This document shows positions 1-8,656 of a stretch of DNA of 64,000 nt, piece by piece. Positions within the stretch are counted from its first letter, which is position 1. Every line of letters starts with the position of its first letter. The notes under the pieces are model-generated. The model was not told the origin of the DNA. It saw nothing but the letters and a program-made list of their open reading frames with translations, and ran no database searches. The position numbers and the translations under genes were made by a program. This DNA is from a virus (lineage: Duplodnaviria; Heunggongvirae; Uroviricota; Caudoviricetes), in IMG/VR virus record IMGVR_UViG_3300006226_000014, positions 24,804-88,803 of that record. One strand, given 5' to 3'.

Positions 1-3000
1 TAACACCAGTTGCAAATTCATCTTTAGTTGTAAATGTTAACCAATAATTTCCACGATATATTCGTATAGTTATTTGGTCAATAACACTTGGACCATCTTT
101 TGGATCAGGTTTTGTTGGATCATATATGTTATCTATTGATGTAAATTGAATAACAAGATCTTCATAAATTGTGCCATCTGGTATTTTTCTATTAGAAATT
201 GTTAGTAAGCCATTTTGAGCTCCAATAGTTCCTCTATCTGTTGTAGCTGGAATTGTTTCCCAAGTTACATTAGTATTTTCCATATCGGCTTCTGTTATTT
301 GGTTACCACCCTCTTTATCAAACCAAGCAATGCCTAATTGGATTTTATCACTTGTTTCTAATTGATAATGTCCTTCTGAGTTTGGAGTTAAACCAATAAT
401 TTTTCCATGTTCAACATGTGTATAAACTCTAATTTCAATTTCTTTCCATTTAGTTGGATCAAAAGCTGAGGTAAATCTAAGTATCGCGTCTCCCTGAGCT
501 TTAGCTAAAATTACAGCAGTATCTTCAACTGAACTTTCTACTTCAATTCTGCTATCACCAGTTATTACTGCCCAGGTTCCATCTATATAAGTTGGTGTAT
601 CATCCCATTCAATATGAGCATCCCAAGGAATGCTAGCATATGGTGGTCTGTGTAAGTATTGTCTATAAGGTGAATCAAGTTGTAAATCTCCTTCAATACC
701 AACTTTAATTTCAAATGTAGTAACTGGTAGAACAGCTTTAAGATTCCAAATTTTTGTAGTACCAGATGCTGTTTGAGTTGTGAATGTTATTATGTCACCT
801 GGTGATGGTTTATTTAAGAGTCTAATTCTAGCATATTCATTTGTATATGTTCCATAAACTCCCAACACTTCTATTTTACTACTATCATAGTCTATAATAC
901 TGATTGGGTCTGTTGCATCTAATGGATCAAATACAAAGTACATTTTGTTAGACTGTTCTTCATCTTCAAAATAAACTAAATCGACTTTATTAGTTATAGG
1001 AGCATTATTCATTTCTAATTCTATATCATATATTCGTTTGTAATACCATGGAAGAATATAAAGAACTGGAATATCCTGGCCTGTTGGAACTGAGGGTAAT
1101 TCTAATATGCGATATTTCCAAGCATAAGAATGGGCGTCTAATGTCATTCCAATGTTATTTGTTTGCTTATAGATAAACCAACCAATTTTTGTAAGTGGAT
1201 TATCTTCCATAATAATTTCAGTTACTATTTCATTATAATATGCTTGATATTGTCCAAAATTCTTAAGTGATTTAACAACACCACTTTGTTGCATGTGATT
1301 AATGTGATTAGGATCAAGTGCAACTAATACCATTTGTGGACTAACTTGGAAATCTAATCTAATGTCACCATAAAATTGATTAAGTGTTACAACTTGATTA
1401 TCTCCAACAAGACCACTACCAACTACTTCGCCAGTAGCTATTACTGTTAATGTCCAGTCGGTTCCACTATCATGATGTCTCCAACCAGTACAATTACCAG
1501 TTACGCCATCACCATTCATAAATTCTGAACGAATTAAAAGGCCTTCATCTACGTTTTTCTGAGCATAAATCTCACCAGTTTTTCGACCATTAGCGTCAAC
1601 TGCTTTGTCAGTTGCTGATGAATTATGAAGAGTTCCTAATATATTTCCAAGTATAATACGATTACCATTAAGTACTGTTGCCATTACTTTAGGAATAATA
1701 TAATTAATTGTAAAGCCACATTCTGAAAGATCAGGATCCGGATTGTCAGTACCAAAAAGATTCATTACAGTTCGACCATTTGGTAGTAAGTTATCTAATC
1801 CACCATCTGTTAGTTCATGTGCATTGTGTAATGTATTAGCAACAGTGAACTTATGAATAACATCTATTTGATCAATATAGAATACATACTCTCTATTTAA
1901 GATAACATTATCAAAATAGACTTTGCTATCTTTATTGATTATGAATCGATAGACAGAATGTTTTGGATCAAGCTTGTATGTGATAATACCAGAGTTATAA
2001 TATGGGTCATCTTCGCCTCTAAATGTATAAGTAATTGTTTCATTTGGTAAGTTTTCAAGAACAGCATTCTTAATTAAGTCATCAACTTCTGGCTTATTAT
2101 AAACTTCTGTTTTATCATAGTAGTTATTAAAATAACCAGACACATTTTCTATTTCTGCTGATAATGCTGCGTCTTCATTTTCTCTAACTGCTGCTTCGTC
2201 TGCTAATTCAGAAATTGTATCTTCGAGAACACCAGATATAACATCTATTCTATCTGCATTATCTTTGATTAAGCCTGATAATATATCATCTGCAGCTTTT
2301 CTTTCCCCTGCTTCAGTATTATCTGCTTGTTCTCTTTGACGAATTTCAGTTAGTAAATCACCGCTTACTACTTCTAATAAGCCACTAACTGCTACAAATG
2401 GTTCTCGTGGTGCATATCGGTTATCTATTTCTTGTCCATAAACTGTTATTTCAGTGTCAGCTTCTTCATCACCATAATCTTTATCTTTACCAATATTGAT
2501 TAAGTCAGATGTTAAGTTGATAGATTCTTCTGTAATAACATTAAAGTCAGCATTAGCGTAAAACTTAATATCTTGCGCTTCTGCATTTATATCACCAGAG
2601 ACATTTAAGTAAGCATCACCAGCAATTTCTGTAGTTGAATCTTCTAATACTTTAGTAATTACTTCTTTAACGTAAGTATCTAATAGACCATCTTCAGCTT
2701 TAATTAAAATATTTCCACCAGTATAATATGGTTGATCAGCTTCCTTATCTAAAATGCCAGCAGTTAAAGTTAAAGTATCTTCTGCATTAACTTCATAATT
2801 TTGAGCGTTTTGTGTCCAATTATGTAAATTGCCTTCATAATCTTTTGACTCAGCAACTACATCACCATATATGATACCATTTATTTCAAGCTTAGCTGTG
2901 TGTAATAAAGCTTTCTTAAAAATTGCTGTATCAGTAACTCTAACTCTTATCTCGTCAAAGTCTTCAAATGTGGCGCCAGGCCATGACCAATTAAACTTAC

Positions 3001-4798
3001 CATCTCCAATTGTTGGGCTTATTGCTATATTACTATTATCTGTTTCAAAATAGATAGGTGTAAAATCATCACTTTCAATATGAGTTACATAAAGTCTAGC
3101 ACTGTATGGAACAGATCCATTATCTTTCATTTCTTGTAATTTTGCCTTAAGACCTGAGAAAAGAACTACATTATCTGATTCAACTTTAATAAGATGACTA
3201 GCATTTAAAGTTTCAGTTACTGATGTACTACCAGGTTGTTGTAGTAAGCCAGCAATTACTGTATCACGATAGACATCCCATCGTTTGTGAGATTCCATAT
3301 CAGCTGTACTTATTTTACCTCTGAGTAATTCAGCTAATCTTTTATTTAAGTCACTCTGTGCTGCTGGGTCACCAGTAATAGTACCCCAAACTGTTTTAAG
3401 CTTAAGCGGTAATCCATTATATGTTGGTTGTCCTTCTTCTGGACCAATTAAATTAATAGGAAGAATACCATCACCAATATCTATTGATGCAACTGGTTTC
3501 CACAAGAAATATAACTTAATGTCTTTGAACACAATTGATTTTTTATCATCATCAGCATAAAGAGTTAATGTATCAAATGGTTGTGTATGTCCATCAAAAT
3601 CATAAATTTGTGAACCACTAGTTGTTGTCCATTTAGGCGTTTTAATACCAGTATTTGTTTCAAACCAGATATAAGTTTGTGCAGTATTTATGCCAGAGAA
3701 TTGTAACTGTATTTTTATGATCTTTTTGTTTTCAGCAAGAAGCTGATTAAACTCTGCTAATAACCCATCACGAATTGTAGAGTTATCTTTAAGACCTGTT
3801 GTAAGTAAACCAGTAATTTCTGTGTATTCAGCTTTTTCATTAGCCATTGCAACTTGTTCGTATGCTTCAACATACTCACCATTTTCTACAACATATCGTT
3901 TGCCATCATTTTCTGGGAATTCAGTAAACTTACCTAAATCATTCCATCGCTTTCTTTCTTCTTCTGAAATGTGTGGAGATAGTTCATCACCAACATCTTC
4001 CATGTGAGTGTGTATCTCACCAGAAATAGCTTCTATATGTTCAGCTGCTTCATTCCACTTTTCGCGTTCAAAATTACCACTAAGATGAAAATCAAAATCA
4101 TCTGTATGTTCATAGAGAGCAGGATATGTTACAAAAGCTCTTAGATCAGGAGCCTCTATTGAAATCCAGTCATCTACTACTTTTCCACCACTAATTTGTT
4201 GTTTTGGTCCATATATCCAATAAGTTGCATAGTTAGATTCTCCAGGTGTTCCTGGTTTTGGTTCAACAAGATAGAACTTATCAATTAAGCCACCGTCTGG
4301 AAAAGTTAGTTGAAGAACTCTATAAGCGTCCTCTGCTCGTTCGTTTGTATCTGGGTCGTTTCGCCACTCTACATAAATATAGGCTTTATCATTATTGTCA
4401 CGAATCTTTTCATCAATAAGTTCATATATCTCTCTCTTAGAATATGTATCAATACTAGCTGGAGTTATCTGAAGCTTAATTGCACCATCTGCAGTAGGTA
4501 ATTGCAATGGACGATCATTAATGGCAATGGCTTGCACTCCATTTGATTCAGCATAAGGAATTTCCATCCATCCAGTCCATCTCGCAACACCGTGAATATC
4601 TTTGACTAATCTTTTCTCATAGACCTTTTTGTCATCAGTGGCTTTAAAGACTTGTCGTCCTGCTTCAAAGTTGTATTTCCAAGATTCAAAAACACCTTCT
4701 TTAGCTGAAGGGAAATCATTGAGCTTACCTTCTCGATAAAATACAGTTCCATTAGTTTGTTTGTCAAACGTCTCTTGTGGGTATATCATTTTAGGCAT
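1..4798 (-). CDS. Large virion structural protein, tail fibre/adhesin-like. Partial: the start codon is at 4796-4798 and the gene runs past the window start, so more than 1599 aa lie in the window.
   Basis: Hand translation of the minus strand from ATG 4798 is open to position 1. SD AAAGGAG lies upstream. The protein is rich in T/G/N/D/Y, as expected of a beta-rich fibre. The track shows only tiny plus-strand ORFs here and no split minus-strand ORFs. Confidence 0.75.
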   Translation of the reverse strand, partial: MPKMIYPQETFDKQTNGTVFYREGKLNDFPSAKEGVFESWKYNFEAGRQVFKATDDKKVYEKRLVKDIHGVARWTGWMEIPYAESNGVQAIAINDRPLQLPTADGAIKLQITPASIDTYSKREIYELIDEKIRDNNDKAYIYVEWRNDPDTNERAEDAYRVLQLTFPDGGLIDKFYLVEPKPGTPGESNYATYWIYGPKQQISGGKVVDDWISIEAPDLRAFVTYPALYEHTDDFDFHLSGNFEREKWNEAAEHIEAISGEIHTHMEDVGDELSPHISEEERKRWNDLGKFTEFPENDGKRYVVENGEYVEAYEQVAMANEKAEYTEITGLLTTGLKDNSTIRDGLLAEFNQLLAENKKIIKIQLQFSGINTAQTYIWFETNTGIKTPKWTTTSGSQIYDFDGHTQPFDTLTLYADDDKKSIVFKDIKLYFLWKPVASIDIGDGILPINLIGPEEGQPTYNGLPLKLKTVWGTITGDPAAQSDLNKRLAELLRGKISTADMESHKRWDVYRDTVIAGLLQQPGSTSVTETLNASHLIKVESDNVVLFSGLKAKLQEMKDNGSVPYSARLYVTHIESDDFTPIYFETDNSNIAISPTIGDGKFNWSWPGATFEDFDEIRVRVTDTAIFKKALLHTAKLEINGIIYGDVVAESKDYEGNLHNWTQNAQNYEVNAEDTLTLTAGILDKEADQPYYTGGNILIKAEDGLLDTYVKEVITKVLEDSTTEIAGDAYLNVSGDINAEAQDIKFYANADFNVITEESINLTSDLINIGKDKDYGDEEADTEITVYGQEIDNRYAPREPFVAVSGLLEVVSGDLLTEIRQREQADNTEAGERKAADDILSGLIKDNADRIDVISGVLEDTISELADEAAVRENEDAALSAEIENVSGYFNNYYDKTEVYNKPEVDDLIKNAVLENLPNETITYTFRGEDDPYYNSGIITYKLDPKHSVYRFIINKDSKVYFDNVILNREYVFYIDQIDVIHKFTVANTLHNAHELTDGGLDNLLPNGRTVMNLFGTDNPDPDLSECGFTINYIIPKVMATVLNGNRIILGNILGTLHNSSATDKAVDANGRKTGEIYAQKNVDEGLLIRSEFMNGDGVTGNCTGWRHHDSGTDWTLTVIATGEVVGSGLVGDNQVVTLNQFYGDIRLDFQVSPQMVLVALDPNHINHMQQSGVVKSLKNFGQYQAYYNEIVTEIIMEDNPLTKIGWFIYKQTNNIGMTLDAHSYAWKYRILELPSVPTGQDIPVLYILPWYYKRIYDIELEMNNAPITNKVDLVYFEDEEQSNKMYFVFDPLDATDPISIIDYDSSKIEVLGVYGTYTNEYARIRLLNKPSPGDIITFTTQTASGTTKIWNLKAVLPVTTFEIKVGIEGDLQLDSPYRQYLHRPPYASIPWDAHIEWDDTPTYIDGTWAVITGDSRIEVESSVEDTAVILAKAQGDAILRFTSAFDPTKWKEIEIRVYTHVEHGKIIGLTPNSEGHYQLETSDKIQLGIAWFDKEGGNQITEADMENTNVTWETIPATTDRGTIGAQNGLLTISNRKIPDGTIYEDLVIQFTSIDNIYDPTKPDPKDGPSVIDQITIRIYRGNYWLTFTTKDEFATGV

Positions 4799-4833
4799 CA
4801 AATTCTCCTTTTAATTTCATTTATTATTTAGTT

Positions 4834-4894
4834 AGACTAAATTTTCTAGTCTTAAGAAAAGCACAAGACTTTTCAACATTTTTTAGAAAAGTCT
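4834..4894. promoter_or_regulatory. Cluster of dyad symmetries in a divergent intergenic region; candidate operator.
   Basis: AGACTA-N7-TAGTCT (4834-4852); GAAAAG-N8-CTTTTC (4855-4874); AGACTTTTC-N11-GAAAAGTCT (4866-4894). Confidence 0.35.
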
Positions 4895-4906
4895 GAACTA
4901 TTTATT

Positions 4907-5143
4907 ATGAGTGGCACCTATCAATGGTATAATAATGGTCGACATAATAAGAAGGTGTACGACATTATTCCAGAGGGGTATGTTATTGGTTACATACTTG
5001 TTAAAGACAAGATCAAACGAATTCGTAAATTGAATGATGATTATGAAAGACGTCGTCATAAATTGAAATCTAAGTTTGAAGAAAAGCTTGCTAAATTAGA
5101 AGAAGAACAGCTTATCAAACAAAAGGAGATTATTGACTTTTAA
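4907..5143 (+). CDS. Hypothetical basic coiled-coil protein (78 aa).
   Basis: Track ORF, first gene after the divergent region. K/R/E-rich heptad-like C-terminus. Confidence 0.5.
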   Translation: MSGTYQWYNNGRHNKKVYDIIPEGYVIGYILVKDKIKRIRKLNDDYERRRHKLKSKFEEKLAKLEEEQLIKQKEIIDF

Positions 5144-5158
5144 GTTAATATAACTATA

Positions 5159-5374
5159 ATGGAGACTATTTTCGTATCTAAAACATCAGACACCTTCTAT
5201 TTAGCTCGGTGGCTTTTTCTCAAGAAGAAAATTACACAAGCTGAAATGATAGAGTACTCGAAGAAATCTTATGACGAATTAGTTACCATCATTAACGATT
5301 TCGGCATTAAAGTCAAAATCCGAAATGAGAATAAAGTTCGTTACGAACCGAGTGGAACTTCTTTATTTGACTAG
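5159..5374 (+). CDS. Hypothetical protein (71 aa).
   Basis: Track ORF, co-directional and non-overlapping. Confidence 0.45.
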   Translation: METIFVSKTSDTFYLARWLFLKKKITQAEMIEYSKKSYDELVTIINDFGIKVKIRNENKVRYEPSGTSLFD

Positions 5375-5410
5375 GCTCTGAACTGTTTGATTATATTTTA
5401 ACTAAATATT

Positions 5411-6025
5411 ATGAATAGAAAAGAATGGAAATTAGCAGTAAAAGAAAAACAGAAAGGAATTTGGGAATTTCGTAATAAAGCAGTCAAATATTTTAACTTA
5501 CAAAAAGGTGAAGTAATTCACCATCTTAGAGATACTGAAGAACAAAGAATCTTTAATGACACTTACTATGAAAGATGGGGTTTTGATCTAAATGGCGAAA
5601 TGAAATATGCTGTAAAATGGGATGCAAAGAAGCACATACAATATCATAGTTCTTCTATAATACATAAAAAATTATCAAGTCAACTAATAACAAAATATAA
5701 TAAATCATTAAAAGGAAAATCTTTAGAAGAAAGACTTGGATATGAAAAAGCAATAGAAGTTAAAAGAAAAATTTCTTTAAAAAGTGCTGGAAAAAATAAT
5801 GGTATGTTTGGAAAAAAACAATCTGAAAATACTAAATTAAAACAAAAAGAAAAAGCATTAAATAGAACTAAAGAACAAATAAAAATTGCCGGTGAACTTT
5901 CTGGAAAAGCAAGATTGGGAAAAAAATATTGGACAAATGGACAAAATCTATATCTTGAGGTTGAATGTCCTAAAGGTTGCTGGAAATATAAAAGACCATT
6001 TAAAGCAAGAAAATTTTTTGATTAA
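5411..6025 (+). CDS. HNH-family homing endonuclease with NUMOD3-like DNA-binding repeats.
   Basis: EVIHHL...H His-rich core. Repeated (G)KK-SEE/N-TK-K-K-A-G modules (NGMFGKKQSENTKLKQKEKALNRTKEQI). Lys/Asn-rich with AAA-heavy codons, unlike its neighbours. Confidence 0.5.
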   Translation: MNRKEWKLAVKEKQKGIWEFRNKAVKYFNLQKGEVIHHLRDTEEQRIFNDTYYERWGFDLNGEMKYAVKWDAKKHIQYHSSSIIHKKLSSQLITKYNKSLKGKSLEERLGYEKAIEVKRKISLKSAGKNNGMFGKKQSENTKLKQKEKALNRTKEQIKIAGELSGKARLGKKYWTNGQNLYLEVECPKGCWKYKRPFKARKFFD

Positions 6026-6030
6026 GCATC

Positions 6031-6083
6031 TTTTGAACGACTAACTCTCTAATCTTATATAATATACGTAAGGGAGATACAGA
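6031..6083 (+). promoter_or_regulatory. Conserved promoter-leader cassette, copy 1 (TTGAAC-N17-TATATAATATA-cGTAAGGGAGAT-ATG).
   Basis: TTGAAC at 6033-6038, TATATAATATA at 6055-6065, SD-containing leader GTAAGGGAGAT at 6068-6078, ATG at 6084. The same module is found at 28931, 50161, 61883 and, in a variant form, at 61561. Confidence 0.6.
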
Positions 6084-6239
6084 ATGAAGGTAATAACTTC
6101 TAAAAACAGACAAACTTGGGTGAATGAGCCCGTCACTATTGACTGGGATAAAGATGACGGACGGATCGTTATTGTTCTCCAAGATGGAACCATAATAACT
6201 GCAACTGACTTCTATCTCACATACAATAAGGATAATTAA
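6084..6239 (+). CDS. Hypothetical small protein (51 aa).
   Basis: ATG lies 5 nt after the conserved leader. Open to TAA 6237-6239. Below the track length cutoff. Confidence 0.45.
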   Translation: MKVITSKNRQTWVNEPVTIDWDKDDGRIVIVLQDGTIITATDFYLTYNKDN

Positions 6240-6240
6240 G

Positions 6241-6648
6241 ATGGCTTTTGATGCACAGAAAGTAGCAGCTGCTAGAAAGATTATTGATGCAGCTCTTAAA
6301 GAAGCTGGACAGATTATTGGTGCCGAAATTAAGATGGGCAACATTCGTTTTAACGACAATATGTTCAGAACCCAGATAACGGCCACCCGTATTGATGGCG
6401 AGACTGGAGAAATTACGGTTGATCCTAACAAAGAGTATAAGGCAAAACGTGCCATTAGTCTTTATAGCGGAAAGCTGGTCAGTCAGAATCGTGTGATAAT
6501 TGGTTCAACTTGCGAAGTAATGGGAATAGGTGAAGTTAGAATTATCGACTTTAACTCCCGTGCCAAAAAGGTGCCTTTCATCGTAGAAACTCCTACCGGA
6601 GTAAAGTACAGAACAGCAGTATCAACTCTTAGATTGCAAGATTTTTAA
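6241..6648 (+). CDS. Hypothetical protein (135 aa).
   Basis: Track ORF with AAGGA SD upstream. Confidence 0.55.
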   Translation: MAFDAQKVAAARKIIDAALKEAGQIIGAEIKMGNIRFNDNMFRTQITATRIDGETGEITVDPNKEYKAKRAISLYSGKLVSQNRVIIGSTCEVMGIGEVRIIDFNSRAKKVPFIVETPTGVKYRTAVSTLRLQDF

Positions 6649-6658
6649 GGAGCAGATT

Positions 6659-6949
6659 ATGCGGAATGTGATTAAAGTCAACTTTACTGGTCCATTTAAC
6701 GGAGCACATATTGCAACTCTTAAGCTTCATGGTTTTACTATCGAAAATGCCAGTGCTAAGGTTGTGGATATAGATCCTAAAGACCCTTCTAAAGGTGTGA
6801 ATGCTTTCTATAACGTAGACATTTACGGTTTGCCCGAAGATTTTGATGACTTTTCTAAAAAATCTTTCAAATGGGCTTATATGCAGGAAGTTGCGAATGG
6901 CGTATCTGCTAAGTTCGCAAATGGTGACTTTGAAGTTATTATGAGGTAG
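6659..6949 (+). CDS. Hypothetical protein (96 aa).
   Basis: Track ORF; SD AAGGAG precedes the ATG. Confidence 0.55.
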   Translation: MRNVIKVNFTGPFNGAHIATLKLHGFTIENASAKVVDIDPKDPSKGVNAFYNVDIYGLPEDFDDFSKKSFKWAYMQEVANGVSAKFANGDFEVIMR

Positions 6950-7095
6950 TTATGCAGGCAATTCATTGGGCTGTAAGAATGAATGTCGTTTATATCGTTT
7001 ATCTCTGTGGAGATGATTATGTAATCTTTAAGAATAACTTCTTTTGGGAGGTAACAAACAGTTTAGATTCAGCTAAGCAGTTAATATACTAATTA

Positions 7096-7399
7096 AAAGG
7101 TAGTAAAACCTCTTCTGTGTAAAAGGCGATAAGCTCTCCCGGGTTAATGACTGAAAGTTAGATCAAGGGCAAAATCAAGAGTTACGGGCTGGAGTATAAA
7201 ATTACTAGGTCAAACTCGACAGCTGACCGAATTAAAGAAAGTCGATGGAATGAGGTTCAAAGTAGCCTATTTTAAAAAGCGGGAGGCATACGGCTTACCT
7301 CAGTAAAGATGAGCCGCCTTTTAACTCTCCGTGGGTTAGTTAGTATACCGCCAGTTTTGGGAACTGGAGATCGTTGGGGCAGAGCCAACCGGGGAGATT
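7096..7399 (+). other. About 300 nt of structured, relatively GC-rich non-coding sequence upstream of the endonuclease gene; candidate leader or ncRNA.
   Basis: No ORF. Several stable hairpins: CGGCTTA/TGAGCCG 7299-7316, CCAGTT-ttggg-AACTGG 7350-7367, GTTGG/CCAAC 7373-7389, TCGAC/GTCGA 7214-7244. Ends in SD GGGGAGATT immediately before ATG 7400. Confidence 0.3.
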
Positions 7400-8086
7400 A
7401 TGATCTGTGAGAAATGCGGAAAAGAAAATGATGGTTCTTATGGATCAGGAAGATTTTGTTCTTCTTTTTGTGCAAGAAGTTTTTCTTCTAATAAAACAGA
7501 TGATATAAAAAGAAAAATTGGAAAAGGTGTTTCTAATTCAGAAATTTATTGGAATTCAGTTGAAAGAAGATATGGAAATAATACTGGAATAAAACAACCA
7601 TTAAAAGTTCCATGTAAAACTTGCGGAACTGAAATAGGAAGAAGAACTAAAACAGGTTTATGTTCAACTTGTTTAAGACAAACAGATGAATATAAAAATA
7701 AAATGAAAGAATTAAGAAAAAAGGAAATTGAAGCAGGAACTTTTAAAGGTTGGCAAAGTAGAAATATATTATCTTATCCTGAAAAATTTTGGATAAAAGT
7801 TTTAAAAAATAATGATATTTCTTTTAAAGGACCTAATATTAAAGTTGGAAAATATTTTTTAGATTTTCTAATTGAAATAAATGAAATTAAAATAGATTTA
7901 GAGATAGACGGTAAACAACATGAATATGAAGATAGAAAAGAAAATGATAAAAGAAGAGATGAATATTTAGAATCTTTATCTTATATAATATACAGAATAT
8001 CTTGGAATGAGATAAACTCTGATCAAGGTAAATTAAAAATGAAAAAGAAAATATCAGATTTTCTTAAATTCATTAAAATTTTTTGA
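7400..8086 (+). CDS. Mobile endonuclease: N-terminal zinc ribbons plus a C-terminal Vsr/DUF559-like PD-(D/E)xK nuclease domain (EDxHD-type homing endonuclease-like).
   Basis: Several CxxC pairs (CEKCG, CKTCG, CSTCL). C-terminal motif YFLDFLIE...IDLEIDGKQHEYEDRK...RRDEYLESLSYIIYRISWNEI matches the DUF559 E-x-DG-x-x-H ... D-x-x-R ... R pattern. Free-standing and AAA-rich. Confidence 0.5.
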   Translation: MICEKCGKENDGSYGSGRFCSSFCARSFSSNKTDDIKRKIGKGVSNSEIYWNSVERRYGNNTGIKQPLKVPCKTCGTEIGRRTKTGLCSTCLRQTDEYKNKMKELRKKEIEAGTFKGWQSRNILSYPEKFWIKVLKNNDISFKGPNIKVGKYFLDFLIEINEIKIDLEIDGKQHEYEDRKENDKRRDEYLESLSYIIYRISWNEINSDQGKLKMKKKISDFLKFIKIF

Positions 8087-8098
8087 GGAGCTAATTAT

Positions 8099-8470
8099 AT
8101 GGCGACAAGATCACTTATTAATGTTGAATGTTCTGATAATAAAGTCAGATCAATTTATGTTCACTGGGACGGTGATAGTCACCTTCCTATTCTGAAGAAA
8201 CATTACAACTCTCAGGAAGATGCAGAGGCGCTTATCTCATTAGGCGATCTCTCTTCGCTCAATGAGAGACTTTCTCCGCGAATGGGCGAACGTCATTCTT
8301 TCGATAAGCCGCTCTCAGATGTTTGTGTTGCTTATGGTAGGGATCGTGGTGAAGATGATTGTGAAGCAAGAGAATTTGATTCACTTGAAGCTGCCAGGAA
8401 GCAAGACAGATGCCAAGCTTTCATTTATGAATGGCAGAATGGAAAGTGGACCAAAAAGAAAGGTTATTGA
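8099..8470 (+). CDS. Hypothetical protein (123 aa).
   Basis: Track ORF; SD GAGGAG 8 nt upstream of the ATG. Confidence 0.55.
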   Translation: MATRSLINVECSDNKVRSIYVHWDGDSHLPILKKHYNSQEDAEALISLGDLSSLNERLSPRMGERHSFDKPLSDVCVAYGRDRGEDDCEAREFDSLEAARKQDRCQAFIYEWQNGKWTKKKGY

Positions 8471-8477
8471 CCGATAT

Positions 8478-8550
8478 TCCCCGGTCATCCAATTGGTTAG
8501 GATGCAAGACTTTGACTCTTGACATGGGGGTTCAAATCCTCCCTGGGGAA
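8478..8550 (+). tRNA. tRNA-Gln (anticodon UUG), 73 nt, no encoded CCA.
   Basis: Manual cloverleaf. Acceptor TCCCCGG/CTGGGGA with one G-U pair. D arm ATCC-aattggtta-GGAT. Anticodon arm CAAGA-cTTTGac-TCTTG with U33 and anticodon TTG. Variable loop acat. T arm GGGGG-TTCAAAT-CCTCC. Discriminator A. Confidence 0.8.
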
Positions 8551-8656
8551 ATAAAGAATGAGCAAATCGTAGCTCTTCTTAAATATTGCAAGAGAACACC
8601 ATCGTTGTATTGGAAAGCTTCTGCAATTCGTCTTATATTATATATAAGGAAACAAA

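Noticed and set aside
2871-4501. Plus-strand ORFs 2871..3053, 3822..4007 and 4310..4501 from the track.
   Set aside because: They lie inside the long uninterrupted minus-strand structural ORF (1..4798) and have no RBS. They are antisense artefacts.
6031-6083. Reading the cassette promoters as Bacteroidetes-type (-33 TTTG, -7 TAnnTTTG) and the host as SD-independent.
   Set aside because: There is no TAnnTTTG at -7. Many internal genes have strong SDs (AGGAGG, GAGGAG), and the cassette fits a TTGAAC-N17-TATATA sigma-70 architecture.
6950-8098. A group I intron carrying the endonuclease ORF (7400-8086) that splits a host gene, with exons 6659-6949 and 8099-8470.
   Set aside because: Both flanking ORFs are independent genes. 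Gene 6659-6949 ends at a stop and is followed by another ATG-initiated 47-aa ORF. Gene 8099 has its own strong SD (GAGGAG) 8 nt upstream. Only 12 nt lie between the endonuclease stop and that ATG, which leaves no room for P7 to P9. The endonuclease is better read as a free-standing gene with a structured leader.
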